A stretch of 64,000 nt of DNA from Bispira polyomma. Lineage: Eukaryota. How positions within the stretch are numbered: position 1 is the stretch's first letter; every line of letters begins with the position of its first letter. This document shows, one piece after another, positions 50,785 to 63,857 of the stretch. The notes beneath the pieces were generated by a model, which saw only the letters and a program-made list of their open reading frames with translations, was not told the DNA's origin and ran no database searches. The translations under genes and the position numbers were made by a program. The stretch lies in the NCBI GenBank assembly GCA_965649765.1, contig OZ287748.1, positions 34,720,001 to 34,784,000 on the forward strand, given 5' to 3'.

Positions 50785-51975
50785 CTATGACTATATAAGG
50801 TAGATACTAAGGCATTATCACTATTGAAATTTCAATTGATGTTTGACTTTTGAGGAAACCACTGGGTTACCTCAAAATAAAATGAAGGTCCTCACTTAAG
50901 TCAATAAATAAATTATGACTTGTGGATAAGTATTATATGGTTAGGCTCTGGATTGCTGCAGGAGCCGGAGCCCACTGACCGTGTGGAGGATCCTGTCTCC
51001 TAAACCCCCCCTGCTCTACACGTTTAGGGGGCCAGGGTTGAATAGGAGCTCTGGGAGGCAGGACCCTCTGCTAGGCGATTAGGTGCCCTAGGACCGGGGC
51101 TCCTAGCCCTGGGGTGGGACGGAGCATAACTGAAATAACTGACAAAATGGAATGTTAAATAAATTCAGAAGGCAGTTTATGGCTAGATTATGACTTGACG
51201 AATAGGGAAAGTGTAATAGTTTATGGCATGTTTATGAACAGCCGTACATGGTTTCTAGACAGAAACTTGGTTGGTGCAGAACCGAGCTTAAATGAAAAGA
51301 CAGACAGAGGGACTGTTATACAGGGAAGTCACAAAAGTGGTATAGACTGAAGTTATGACCAGACTAATAGAGTAAAGGGATGTCAAACTATGGCATGTTT
51401 ATGGGCAAAAGTACATGACTTTAAAATATGTGTTTATTAATGCAGTCTGAGGCTGCACATGTGTAAATATAAACCCAGAAGGGGAATACATCACTAACAC
51501 AGGCATGTGCCATGTATGCAGAATAATTGAATAATGTACCAATATGTATGTATGTGAAGTACTAGATGTTCAAAATTCTATGTTTTAGATAGGCTAGTCC
51601 TAATTGTGTGAACTAAGATTGAATATAATATAATTTACGTAATAGCAGTAAGCATGAAGAGATACGAATGGTTATGGGTAATCCACTGTAGGGTTACTAT
51701 TTGTATTACTGTTATGCATTTTATTGGTTGTTACTTGCCTGTTGGGGCATTAAAATTTTACTTATCTTAAAAATTTTAAGCAATTTTATGATATGTTAAT
51801 GTCAATTGTAGAATATATATATATGTATGCTAACATGTAAAAATAAACACTCAATCGAAATCTTTTATTACCTCTTCACCATCGCAATAAATATATCAGA
51901 GCTGGAGATCAAACTTGACCTTTCTCAACTCATGACCTTGTAGCTTAAAATCTTGTTTTCAACATTTGGGGACTG
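50785..51975 (+). mobile_element. 3' fragment (putative spacer plus repeat B) of an E3-related YR element, flanked by a perfect 52-bp duplication
   Basis: 51740-51975 aligns with E3 62862-63093 (TTGGGGC..TAACATGTAAA..CGAAATCTTTTA..TTGGGGACTG). Duplication 50733-50784 = 51976-52027. Confidence 0.8.
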
Positions 51976-54900
51976 AATGGTCGCGCCCTGTGGAATAATT
52001 TACCTCAGCACATCAGGAAAACTTATCTTACACAAATAAGAAACATTTTAGTTCAATGATATATTCCCTGTAAAGTCATCACGCAAGTCTTGCTTGATAT
52101 TTTAGTGTTGATTTTTTTCTTTTCATTATTTATGACCAATGGATTCTGAAGTTCTAGTGCTTTAAAATTATGCATAATTAAAACTAAATGCCAAAACAGT
52201 TTAATTACATTTAAACCTGAGTGTTATTTCATGTCAAGTTGTGTTACTTTCAAATGGCAGGCAACAAACCCACAAAACTAAGATTCTAATAAATATTGGA
52301 GGCACTTTTTGATTCATTGCCACTACAGAAAAAACGAACCTTATTTTTTTCTTCCACTTAACATGTTATTCTTGCTAAATTTTATGCAGAAAATTTATAA
52401 TTGCATCCTAGCATCCTTATGAAACCCATTTGTATTTATTTTAAAAGTAAAATGCCAAAGTACCATTTCATAAAAAAAAGACCTGGTCAAATGTCAATTA
52501 AAGTAAATGTCAGTGTGTGACAATTCGTTTTAAACTGCCAGTCTTTATTTTCATGGATAATAAATTAATTAACTGTAACATTAATATACTATCCACGCAC
52601 ATAGCAAAAAGAACCTGTCACCTGAAACCGTGAAAATAGTGATTTTTCTGATTTAGATATTTTTGTATCTATTATTGTCAAATGCATTAATAGTAAATTT
52701 TGTTGACAACATTTCCCCTTTTATGGAACAAGTGTGTTTTCAGACTAAACTACTAAGCTGCTGAAACAGACAGAATAAGACAAAAAATGACTGTTCCATA
52801 TTAATTAGGCAAAAAGGATGAAATAAAAATTCTTCCAAAGCAGCCATAAATGTTTTATGTTAGTGCATTAACTCAAACTCTACTGTGTGTATGGTACACT
52901 AAATGGTGGTTGTTCCAATGTAAAACATGGTTTGTTGGATAACTATGAAGTTGAAATCTGTCTTCAAAATAGTTTAGCTAAGTGGTCGAGCAGACTAATG
53001 CCATTTTATTTGGTTAGTTCAGTTTTTTTAATTTATTTGTTAACAGAAACAAGAGTTTACAAAAAAGACACATGCACACAGTGTGAAATACACTTCAGTT
53101 GATATTGCCACTATACACTCAGGCAAATCTCACACCCCTCATTTTGGATGGGTCGGTTCCTTCCAACTAATCCATAAAGGCCTTGCATAGTACTTTCAAG
53201 ATGGCGGCGTCTTTTTTAGAATGAAAACATCAGGCTATGTCTGATATAAAGAAAAGGGACTAAATCAAAAAAACCAGTAAATTGTCTACTGATAGAGCTT
53301 TTTTCGTGGCACTATTGTCTTTTTTGAAGTTTCGAGTAATCTAGGAGCCCTGATGAAATTTATAGGCATAGGTGGACTGTTTGTTTCTCTTGTAACTAAT
53401 TGGGAACATGGTTCAGTTGCTTCAGTAGCCATATTGGAGTCTTTTGGCCTAAATCGTGCTGAATTTAATTAAACAGATTATCAAATGTTTATTTCGTGTA
53501 ACATTTTTAAATCAAGATGAGAGTTTTGAAATACCACAGATTAAATTCCAAAACCAGTAACCTTGAATCAAAGCGTAGTCAGAAATGTACACAGTAAGTA
53601 AAAGAGTTTGGAAATATATTTATTAGTAACTATCTCCTGTAACTACCAAATCTTTAAATATTCACACTTTACTTTGAAGCATAACAATTAAACTATGATA
53701 AAGACACCATAACTTATCAATGGCACCAACAAGTTAAATTGTTCAGTTCATTGTGTACTTAGAAAATACTGAAGTGTAAGTGGGCAGGATTGAAAAACGT
53801 TAGCCCCAAACCATAGTCTAATATCTTTATTATATTAACTTATAGTATTTGTAATCATATTTGTACTCAGCGCATATATCTACCTTCATCTGGTATTCAG
53901 AATGCTAATTAACCCTTTCCTTACTTTAACGGTCAACTGAATCAGTTACGGTTAGAGAGAGGCATTTAGCAATTTTTAGTCGGCCAGTGGGGATACAACC
54001 AAGTGACAGGGGATTACTATTTTCAGTGGTCATGCGAGCCACAATGTAAATGCGTTTACACATCTTACCCTAAAATGATATTATCCCACAAATGTAACTA
54101 GCGCAGTGGACCCGAGGACTTTCTGATCATTAGACCAACTCCACATTATTATAATTAGACCACAATATTATAATAGTATAATAATTTGCCTCACACAAAA
54201 CTTAAATAATGAAGCACACTCATAATATCTACCAGTGCAGGTGTTACTAATAGCAAAAATGACATGCATGGTTTCATGTTGGTTGATCTTAAACAATAGC
54301 ACACATTTCCAACAATACCTAGTGTTTTAGAGCTACTGTTAGAGATGTCTGTGTGTTTTACAAGTATCAGTGATGTCTAATGGCATCTATTAATTGAAAA
54401 ACCAACGCTGTTTTGACTATGTAAATAGATTTATATAATGAGGAATGTAAAACTTTCCACTAGTAAAATCTTTAATTTCAGAAAATCTATTTTTCTGTCT
54501 CCAAAAGAAAGACATGTTACTACGATTTACTGCCAAAAGAGTAATGACACCTTTCATGTTATGAGGAGCATTTTGTACAGTTTGGATTCCCTACTGCAGT
54601 GGCTTGATCAACTGCATAATCGGTTTTCTGGTGTGAGTGAAGACAATCTGTGTATGATACAGATATCCTTGGATATATTAGAACGTAATTATTACCAGCA
54701 CCCTTGTTTTGCCATTGGGATGATAATTATGCCAGTAATTGCTCCTGTAATTAGCAATAATTTTGTCATCCGATATGAATGTTTTGCAAGCGTATTGTTT
54801 TATCACCCTCCCTTTCCCCAACCATTACAAAATCCTGGATCCGTCTATGCAACTTTTATTATTTAGATCACACAACTTTGTCCTTTAGGTTTCACTCCCC

Positions 54901-55775
54901 CGCAGATATAATAAAAAAAAAAACCATCATTCTCATTTGGAATTCTGGGCAAGCCAAAGCACAGATTCATCATAAGCTTCCTGGCAGGTATAAATGCTCT
55001 TTTTCTTTGTGTCTGCTTCCAAGATATTTGTGAATGGGGAATTTAACTCCTTGGTAACTTGCATAACATTCACAATTAATGACAATAATTAATCCTTTTC
55101 TGGTAAAACATGGTAATAAAACGTGGGCCTATTTTTTGTAGAACCCTTACATAACCGGTTATAATGTGTCCCGTATATATAACAAAAAAAAAAATGCATT
55201 CTCAATAGAAGCCGCAAACTCAATCTCTAAAATGAAGGTTCAGGTAATTAAAAATTCCCTAGTAAAAACCCAGAAAAATGCAAATACTGCTCATGTCTTG
55301 CAAAACCTCATTAAATGTAGTTTTTGCCTGTGAAAGTAATGATATAAAACCTATGTCTAGACTTTGAATTGTGGTTTATACATTTTCCCTTATCCAACAA
55401 TGTCAGTGCAAACGATGGTTAATTGCTATTCACTGAATGTGCGTCAAACCAATATGCTCGGAATGTCAACAATATACACATAGGACATATATTTATAGAA
55501 TCTGTGAATGATTTACAGAACTATCACAAATATAAACAAAGTAATAAGTTTTTTGATGTATGTTTATTGTTTCCGAAAATCACCCCATAATGCACATAAA
55601 CTCATGGTAGCTGTGAATAGCTTTGTATGATGAACAACCTCGAGAACAATCTCTTCTTAAGGAATTATAACTTAAACCTGACCTGTTTTTGAAAAGTTAC
55701 ACTTTTTTGGCTGGGTAAATGAATGAAAGTATATGTTGTATAAATATATTGTTTCATGCCACTATAATATTTAAA

Positions 55776-56031
55776 TTTTTTTTTTGAATTGGGATATTTA
55801 ACGACCACTCTAGTACCTGTCTAGGTTATATTGGGACGGGTAGTTGGAAACGCTGGAAGAAACACTGCATACAGTTGATCAAAGTTCTGCACCGAAATCA
55901 GCGGCCCACAGTAAGGAACTACCACCTTTCCCACATAGGCATCGACAGGAGTCGAACTCAAGCCGCCCAGCAGTGAGAGACCAGTGATTGTAAAGCGCAA
56001 TGCTTGCTAACCACTAGGCCATCGCAGCCCC
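55776..56031 (-). mobile_element. Full-length tRNA-derived SINE with A tail and approximate TSD
   Basis: A-box TGGCCTAGTGG, B-box GAGTTCGACTCC; flanks TATAATA(T/A)TTAAA on both sides. Confidence 0.92.
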
Positions 56032-56229
56032 TATATAATAATTAAAATCTCATGTCCTTGATCTTATGTTGTTCCTTTCAACGTTACAACTTTGTTATAT
56101 GTAAATTTTAAACAATTCCTCCCGCTTTGAATTCTGTGATATAATGTGCAAAGTTTAATGTTATTTGTGGTTCATTAGTTAAACAAGTTACAATTTAAAA
56201 AAAAGATAATCCACATATAAGATAAAATT

Positions 56230-57282
56230 GTAAATAACATTATCTTTCCTCATTGATAAACTCTCAAAAGTCAAGGTTGTCTGTTGTAAAGGCCTCGATA
56301 GTGTAGAGGTAGCCCTTAATCTGAGACAAAGGTTATTCTACAGGGGACCTAGATATTTAGAGGACACCAATTTTTAAAAGCTGTTTTTGTTGTTGTTCAT
56401 TGTTTTCGGATCAGATTAAAACAAAATACAAATTTAAAACTTTAAGTTTATTAGTGGGACATACAAACAGTATGAGGATTCTGGGTTTTTAAATATATAA
56501 TGTTCAACTCACCAGTACCTACTATACAGCTCTTCTATTCATGCCCTGCTATCATGGTCTTGCTACTATGATAAATATAAAATGCCAACTAAATCAGATA
56601 CAGAAACCTCCAGAAAAAACAGTCGGTTCTTGGAGGCACTTTTGATTCTGATTTTTGCTACTATATAATTCAGGACTCTCCAATGGTTCATCGGCACCTA
56701 GCTTCTTGTCTGAAAGTAATTTTATGTACCAGCTCATAAAGTAGGTTCAACTTCTGTAAGTATGAGTCCAGGACTATTCTGCACCTGTTTTCAGTGTTCA
56801 TTAATTTAGTTACCCATGATGCTTTCAGAGCTAGTTCCTTACAGAATATGTCTACTATATTTAAACAACCATTTTTAATATCTCCAATCATTGTAACTCT
56901 CTTAAAGGGCCATCTGTTTCCCCAAATAAACTTAAATATAATTATCTTTGGTACTGATAATATGTTCATATTTTAAACAGGCTTTGGTAGCACAAGTTTG
57001 TTAACAACCTTAAATTTTCCATACAAGGTTGCTTTCTGGTATTCCATAAAAGGAGTATATTTTTAAAATCTTTAAGTTTGTATTCCCAGTTCTTTGAAAT
57101 GCATTCAATTCTATTGGCCCCAATGTGCAAGCCGAAGCTTTTTGTAGGTTTATCAGTAAAGATGATTCCTTCAAATAATTCAGGGCCATGTTTAAGAGGT
57201 CCAAGCCATATACCTCTACATTTTTGTAGATTAAAATGTAAACCAGAGAGAGACGAGAAATTGTTAATTATTTTAAGTGCAG
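56230..57282 (-). pseudogene. Decayed L1/Tx1-type LINE, part downstream of YADD; split by E3
   Basis: Minus strand SALKIINNFSSLSGLHFNLQKCRGIWLG and FKFIWGN...GCLNIVDIFCKELALKASWV. Confidence 0.8.
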
Positions 57283-57571
57283 ATCGGTAAGCAGGACACC
57301 TTTAGGGCACTGCTACATCAGTCCACAATCCAAAGTTTAGGCTATACCTTAAGTTTAATTTTGCTACAACGTGTATTATGCTACTTTTCTGTCCATCATT
57401 GGATAAGCCATATAATTACTAGAACTCCAACTTTCCATATTTATTATGAATTTGAAGTAACAACAAGGAGATTTAAAAAAAAAGGAAAATTTTATTTTAA
57501 AAGAGTACTTTACATTGTTTTATCTTTTAACGAGTTTATATATTGTGTCACACAGTTAGTGCTTGGTATAA

Positions 57572-59068
57572 TTGTTCACTCTGGGAAAAACAACAAAAGA
57601 ACCACTTCACACGGTTGTAAAAGCAAAGAAACCGTCCACACGTAGGAACAAGGTGTTAAAGATCACAGGGGACACAGTCGCTGATCAGGTATCCACTTCT
57701 TTCTCTACAGGCTTACAAAGCCCCCCCGACAGCGTTACTCTGGGTCAGAGCACTACACACCCAGTTACTGATAATATCACCCTCGGGCAGTCAACGACTG
57801 ATAACTCGGGTTCTAGCGAGATGCTGGCCATACTGAGAAGGCTAGAATCATCTAATATTTCCCTGTCTCAGAGTATTGAAAGAGTAGAAGCTAAAATGTC
57901 CTCCAGTACGCCCTCTCTTAACCCATTCACAGAGTCGACATCAGAAACAGGTCAACACACTCACTTGCAAAACAATGGGTTAGGCGCCAGTCTCACCATA
58001 CCGACTACACTTAATACATTGACCATACAGCAGAGTTTAGGCGCTAGGTGCAACTCCTCATTACAACCACAATCCCAGAGTATGAACCAATTCAGCTTAG
58101 GCGCCATACACAATGCAACGGTACAAGGTCACTTGCCACAGCCACATATGCAAAACCAGCTTGGATCGAATGCATCACACATTACTCCGTTGCCGAACAG
58201 CATACAGAACCCGCTAGCTGCATTACATACCACTCCGTCGCACAACCAGCTGGCATTTCCTTCACAGTCGTGATTGGGGGCGACACAGATCCCACAAGCA
58301 CAACAACTTGGCATCAATGTGCTGGACTACCAAAAGGATGGCATTGTGCCTAGTGTTGACGCCTTAAGAGCCATTCCCAGTGTGTAGTCAGCCGTGTCAA
58401 GACAGTTGGCTGAATACGAGGCTTTAGCCCAAAGACACTTATTGCAAGGTAAGGTCAACCCTCGAACCAAATCCGGACGTTTCAACAGCACTGATGTGAC
58501 TACAGATGATGCTCAGTTTCGGTGGCCGAATGAGGGCTGGGTAGGGGGCTCTGCGCGCAAGAGGCCAACATACGACACACTTACATTACCCCAATGGGCT
58601 GCACTGCAGATTTTTAATGCGATGCAAGTACAAGATAACTCACTCATGCGAAGTATGATGTCACAACTTGTCCACGCACTTCGGGACGCCGCTTTGTTGC
58701 CATGGCCTGTAGTCAGGACAGCCTGGGCCCTCAATATGAAAGAGGTAGAGGAGGGTCGGCTGTCCTGGCTAGACACCACACAATGGGTGCTCAACAGGAT
58801 GAACGCTTCACAGCTCACACTAGCAAATAATGGCCACAGTCACACTGCAAACAACAACCAAGGTGGGGGCATGAATGAGTCCAAGGTCATTTGAAAACTC
58901 TTCAATAACGGAAAATGTTCTAGCAAATCAGATCATGGTAACTACAAACATAATTGCTGGTACTGTAGTAAGGTATTGGGTAAGGAGCAAAATCATCCCG
59001 AGTTGAAGTGCTATCGAGCTAACGCCAATAAGCAGTCTGAAAACTCAAGTAGTACAAGTATTAAATAG
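57572..59068 (+). pseudogene. E3 gag remnant
   Basis: QGKVNPRTKSG, RWPNE, RPTYDTLTLPQW, EEGRLSW, and C-terminal Cys/His fingers after a premature stop at 58892. Confidence 0.8.
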
Positions 59069-60159
59069 GAGGCCATTTGGCTAGCAGAATTGCAGCAGGT
59101 AAATTGTCAGTTGAATAGTAGGGGTATGAAGAACAGTCACATAATTGCTATAAAAGATGTAGATAATGGTGAAAAGCAGCAATTAACTGACGTTATGAAC
59201 AATTTGACTTGTGTGAGCACAATAAGTAAAGTAGTGATAAAACAAATATTAAACCTAGAACACAGATATCCATAAATTGCAATGCAACTGATGTAAAAAA
59301 TAAAATTAAAATGAATAGTAACGAGTACATTAGAAGTCATAATATAACCAGTGTAAAAGGTAAGACTGATGTGTATGACAATGTGTACATACAAGCTTTT
59401 TCAGGTTTGAAGCATTATGTACCACATTTGGAAAGCTTGTGTGCAGTTCAAGGTCACAAGGGTCAGTATTATAAAGTCAACAATGCTAATGATCTAGAAG
59501 TCAATGACTTCACTATGAATAGCAGCAACAAAACACAAAAAGTAAGAATAGATGTAACTAATTGGAAATTTATAGAGAAAATTAGGGGAGCAACGTTCCC
59601 AGTAGTTTATATTTCCAGTCACAATGACCTTATAAAAGTTTTTTTTTACCAAAATTGGGATAATGTTGCTGCTGTTCATACTTACACTCCAATCGAGTTT
59701 AGTCCTAATGGTTTATTGCAAATTTTACATTCTTTCACAGTGATCATTGATTATGATAAGGAATTAGTAAGGGGAGAACATGTAATTTGCAAACCAGTTT
59801 CTGCAATGGACAAGAGTAAAGCTAAAGATACAAAAATGTTTTATGATAAAGATTGTGGGTAGTTTAAAGTCATATAACATTGATTACACTGGTTACATGA
59901 AGGAGATCATTGATTCTACGATAAATGATTGTGGGTTGATTGGTAATGAAAATTCTAGTGTTATTACTAACACATGTATTAAAAATGACAGGAGGACAGT
60001 AGACACGACTAACACAACAAAAAAAGGTAAGACTCATCTGCTAAGCGAAACAGTCACCAACCCGTCTTCTTCAGAACAACTTAAGGAAATTATGGCAACT
60101 GCCAGTGAACACGTGACAAGGAATCATACTGACTTCAATGACTCTGGCAAAACTATAGG

Positions 60160-61874
60160 GTTCTTAGCTCTTGCTCCCACTGAGTTTGAATTTATTGGGC
60201 CTGATAAACAGCCCATTAGCATTAAAGAAATTCCAGAAATTTTAAATATAGCTATGGCTACTAGAGACACAGGTTTACCCAACTACAGGCAGGCCAGAAT
60301 ACCAATCAGTTCTGGCCTGCAGGTGGAAGCTTGGGAGAAACTGCTACAAAACTACCCTGATCAGTTGTTATTGCAGTACATAAAATTTGGTTTCCCTCTA
60401 TCCTTAAGTCAACCTGATAAACATTACAAACAGTAAGGTACACAATCACTTCTCAGCTTTACAACACCCACAGGCTGTAAAGCAATACTTAGACACAGAA
60501 AAATCATTAGGAGCCATTTTAGGGCCAGTTAAAGAAATTGAAGAAATTCATTATAACTGCTCACCACTTCTCACGAGGCCTAAAGATATCGACAAGCGTC
60601 GGGTTATTTTAAATTGATCTCATCTGTACGGTGCTTCACTAAATGATAACGTCAACAGACAAGAATTTGACGGGGTGCCTTTTGCATTAAAATATCCAAA
60701 TATATTACACAGGCTATTAGGAACACCAAGGACCCAGTACTGTTCAAATTTGATGTTGCGCGAGTGTTCAGAAATTTGCTTGTAGACCCAGTGGACGCAG
60801 TCAAACTAGGCATTTTCTGGAACAATCAATATTATATTGATCCAGCTATTGCATTTGGCTGGGTACACAGAAGCGCGGCCTTTCAGCGTTGCACAGACGC
60901 AATTACGTCACACATGGCAAATCGAGGCTTCAAAATTTTGGATACATAGACAATTATGTTTGCGTTGCGTCACATGAACACGCACAACTCGGGTTTGAAA
61001 TGCTATACGAGTTAATGGAAAAATTGGGTTTACCAATGAACGCAGATAAATTAACTCCCCCTACTAAAAAATTAACGTGTCTTGGCATTGATTTTGATAT
61101 TATAGCAGGCACTATAAGTATCCAACCTGACAAGGTAACTGAAATACATAACACATGACTCGAAGTTTATAATAAAAATATATTTCCAGAACTAAAATTC
61201 AATCACTTCTGGGACAGCTACTCTACATCCATAAATGTGTTGCTCCTGCGCGTATTTTCATAAACAGGGTTTTGTCAGTGTTCAGAAATAACAATACCAA
61301 TATAAAATTTCTGGTCAATACTGAAATGAAGGCGGATATTCAATGGTTCATAAAATTTCTGGAAAAATTCAACGAAATGACTTATATTGAACACAATGCC
61401 ATACCTCACAGTAATGAATTACATTTAGACGCATGCCTCACTGGATTCAGGGGAGTATGGAACAACGAAGTATATGCAACCCAATTTTATGATATTTTCA
61501 ATGGTGAATTGACAATTGTTCATTTAGAAATGTTGAATATCATTATCGCTTTAAGAATTTGGGCCGAGAAGTGACAACACCAGAAACTGAGCATCAACTG
61601 TGATAACATGGCTGTGGTTCTGGTAGTCGAATCACAAAAAACTAGGGATAAATTTTTAGCACTATGCTTAAGGAACATATGGCTCATTACAGCAGAATAT
61701 GACATTACTCTTGAGATCAAACACATTCCTGGTAAAAAGAATATAATTGCAGATGCTCTGTTCAGAATTTATTCAGTTAAAAGTTCTAATAGCTACACAC
61801 TACAAACAGTTAGGGATAAATTTACATGGCTAACAATTCCCATTGAGTACTTTAATTTAAATCTAACTATTTAA
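60160..61874 (+). pseudogene. E3 RT / RNase H remnant
   Basis: GLPNYRQARIP, FGFPLS, NHFSA, CSPLLTRPK, AFGWVH, YIDN, HLDACL, HLEMLN, CDN, HIPGKKNIIADAL. Confidence 0.88.
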
Positions 61875-61880
61875 TTTCAG

Positions 61881-62896
61881 GGTCAACTCCTCTTTCACAG
61901 CAGTTCATGGATACAGCATGGACCAGAATGAACACTGCATTAATACCTAAAACCAACTCAGCTTGTGAGAGACAATTTAAAACTTTCCTTTCATTTTTAC
62001 AGTTTTGAGGCATTGCACAGGTGACCATCCATGCTGTTATAGCATTCTTAGAATACCTAGTTCAGAATCAGTTATCACCTGGGGCCATAAAGAATTATAT
62101 GGCTGCATTGAGATTTTCTGCCCAAAAGTTTAACTGGGACTTATCTCCTTTCATTCATAATACTGTGTCTCTGTTCTTGAGGAGTTTATCTCACAATTCA
62201 AACTTTAGGCCTAAACCTGAAGGCATTTTCACTATTCATCAAATTTTGCAGATCTCAGCGACATGCGAGATCCTAGATGGTCCTATGCTCTACAGAGCTA
62301 TTTTCCTGGTGGCATTTTTTGGATTTCTTAGACTATCCAACATGGCACCTCATTCTAGGACTGCTTTTGATGCATCCAGGCACTTTCTTAGAAAAGATGT
62401 AATTTTTGGCCACCCAGGAGCACATATCATCATGAAATGGGCTAAAAGCCTACAAAATAGAACAGATACACATATTATACAAATCCCAGTCTTGAAGAAC
62501 AAATTAATTTGCCCAGTTAATGCACTTAAAGCACTGTTGAATTCCAGAGTATTGAACAATAAATACCCTTTATTTGCAGAAGCGAAAATGCCTCATTCAA
62601 CAGTGGTTGATTCCCATGTTAGGACGGCCTTGCAAAAGGTTCTTTCCAACATAGGCTTACAATATAGTTCTCACGGATTTCATACATTTAGAAGGTCAGG
62701 AGCTACTTTTGCCTTTAATAACAACGTATCTTTACAAAATATTATGTCTCATGGACTTTGGAGATCTTCTGCAGTTTGGGCTTATTTACAAAAAAATTCT
62801 CAGGCTGCCTCTGTGGTACCTCTCACTTTTGCAGCTGCAATTCCCCCTACTTTTTTGTTTGGCTTGGGGCTCAAAATTTTTTTACTCAGGTTTTAA
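61881..62896 (+). pseudogene. E3 tyrosine recombinase; one in-frame stop at about 62006 in the N-terminal part
   Basis: FLRLSN, FHTFRR, SHGLW, VWAYL intact; the frame extends back to the acceptor at 61880. Confidence 0.9.
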
Positions 62897-63093
62897 AATT
62901 TTTAGCTCTTGTATACTATATTAAGCTCAATTGTAAAATATACATACTAACATGTAAATAATAAATGCTCAAACGAAATCTTTTACTACCTTCTTTATCA
63001 CAACTAATAGATCTTGACCCTAACAACTTACAACTTGACCTTTGGATCCATGACCTCCCATGCTATGAATTGAATTACACCAGTTGGGGACTG

Positions 63094-63620
63094 ATAACAG
63101 ATTTTTTGGATCCTTGTGTTTGTGTTGAATCGTCAGCATACTGACAAATAATTGATTTGTGTGTTCTAAATAATTTGAAGTTGAGGCATCTTCTGTCAGT
63201 ATCTGTACTGAAACATGATTATAAGCTTTTGCAAAATTTTCCAAACCTATCTGTATCAACTCAGTTTTCTATCTCAACACACATCTGTTTTTTTCTATCA
63301 GATGTACTTTTGGATCATGATTGGAATGTGTGCCACAATACATGGACATCGATTGTGGTGCTATAGAAGTTTAACTTAAAATTTAAACAATGGTCCAACC
63401 ACAAATGTTTATGATGTAAAATATTTTAAAAACATAAATTGGGTACCAAAATGGGCCCCGGAGGCATATTCTTTTTTACATAAACATGTACCTTTAAAAA
63501 GGCTCTTAAGTTTATTATTTTAAGTCAGGCTTTCACAAGGACGAGAACAATTTTTGTGATCTCAAAGTGGTACATTTGAAAGGTTATTTTAAAATAGGAA
63601 ACCTATCTGGCACATACATT
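63094..63620 (-). pseudogene. Decayed L1/Tx1-type LINE, RT part including YADD; continuation of 56230-57282
   Basis: Minus strand IICQYADDST at about 63125-63155. Confidence 0.75.
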
Positions 63621-63857
63621 TACCGAATATAAATACAATCCATCAAGTCCATTTCTACAGCGATGGGTGCAGCTCAACAAGGGCAAATCCAATACATCCA
63701 TGACTTTCAACTTAAGTTTAATAACTGGACCCCTTACAATATTGCATTAAAATACCATTGTGCCAATGCTTCCAATTTTACTATATATAAAAAATCTAAA
63801 TCAACTGTAATTGTACTGTAAAATATCTTTTTAACAACATTAAAAAATATCTAATAT

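Larger units (their letters stand above)
57283..63093 (+). mobile_element. E3: decayed Ngaro-like YR retrotransposon (A-gag-RT/RH-YR-B) inserted in a Tx1-type LINE
   Basis: The LINE frame KNLLS|ALKII rejoins across 57282/63094. Starts ATCGG, ends GGGGACTG; gag, RT, RH and YR remnants in order. Confidence 0.9.

Noticed and set aside
54438-55100. 142-aa plus-strand ORF
   Set aside because: No motifs; the minus strand has faint LINE C-terminal resemblance (ENRLC) but is too decayed to call.
55940-56031. tRNA gene
   Set aside because: The A and B boxes belong to a SINE head followed by a repeated body, tail and TSD.
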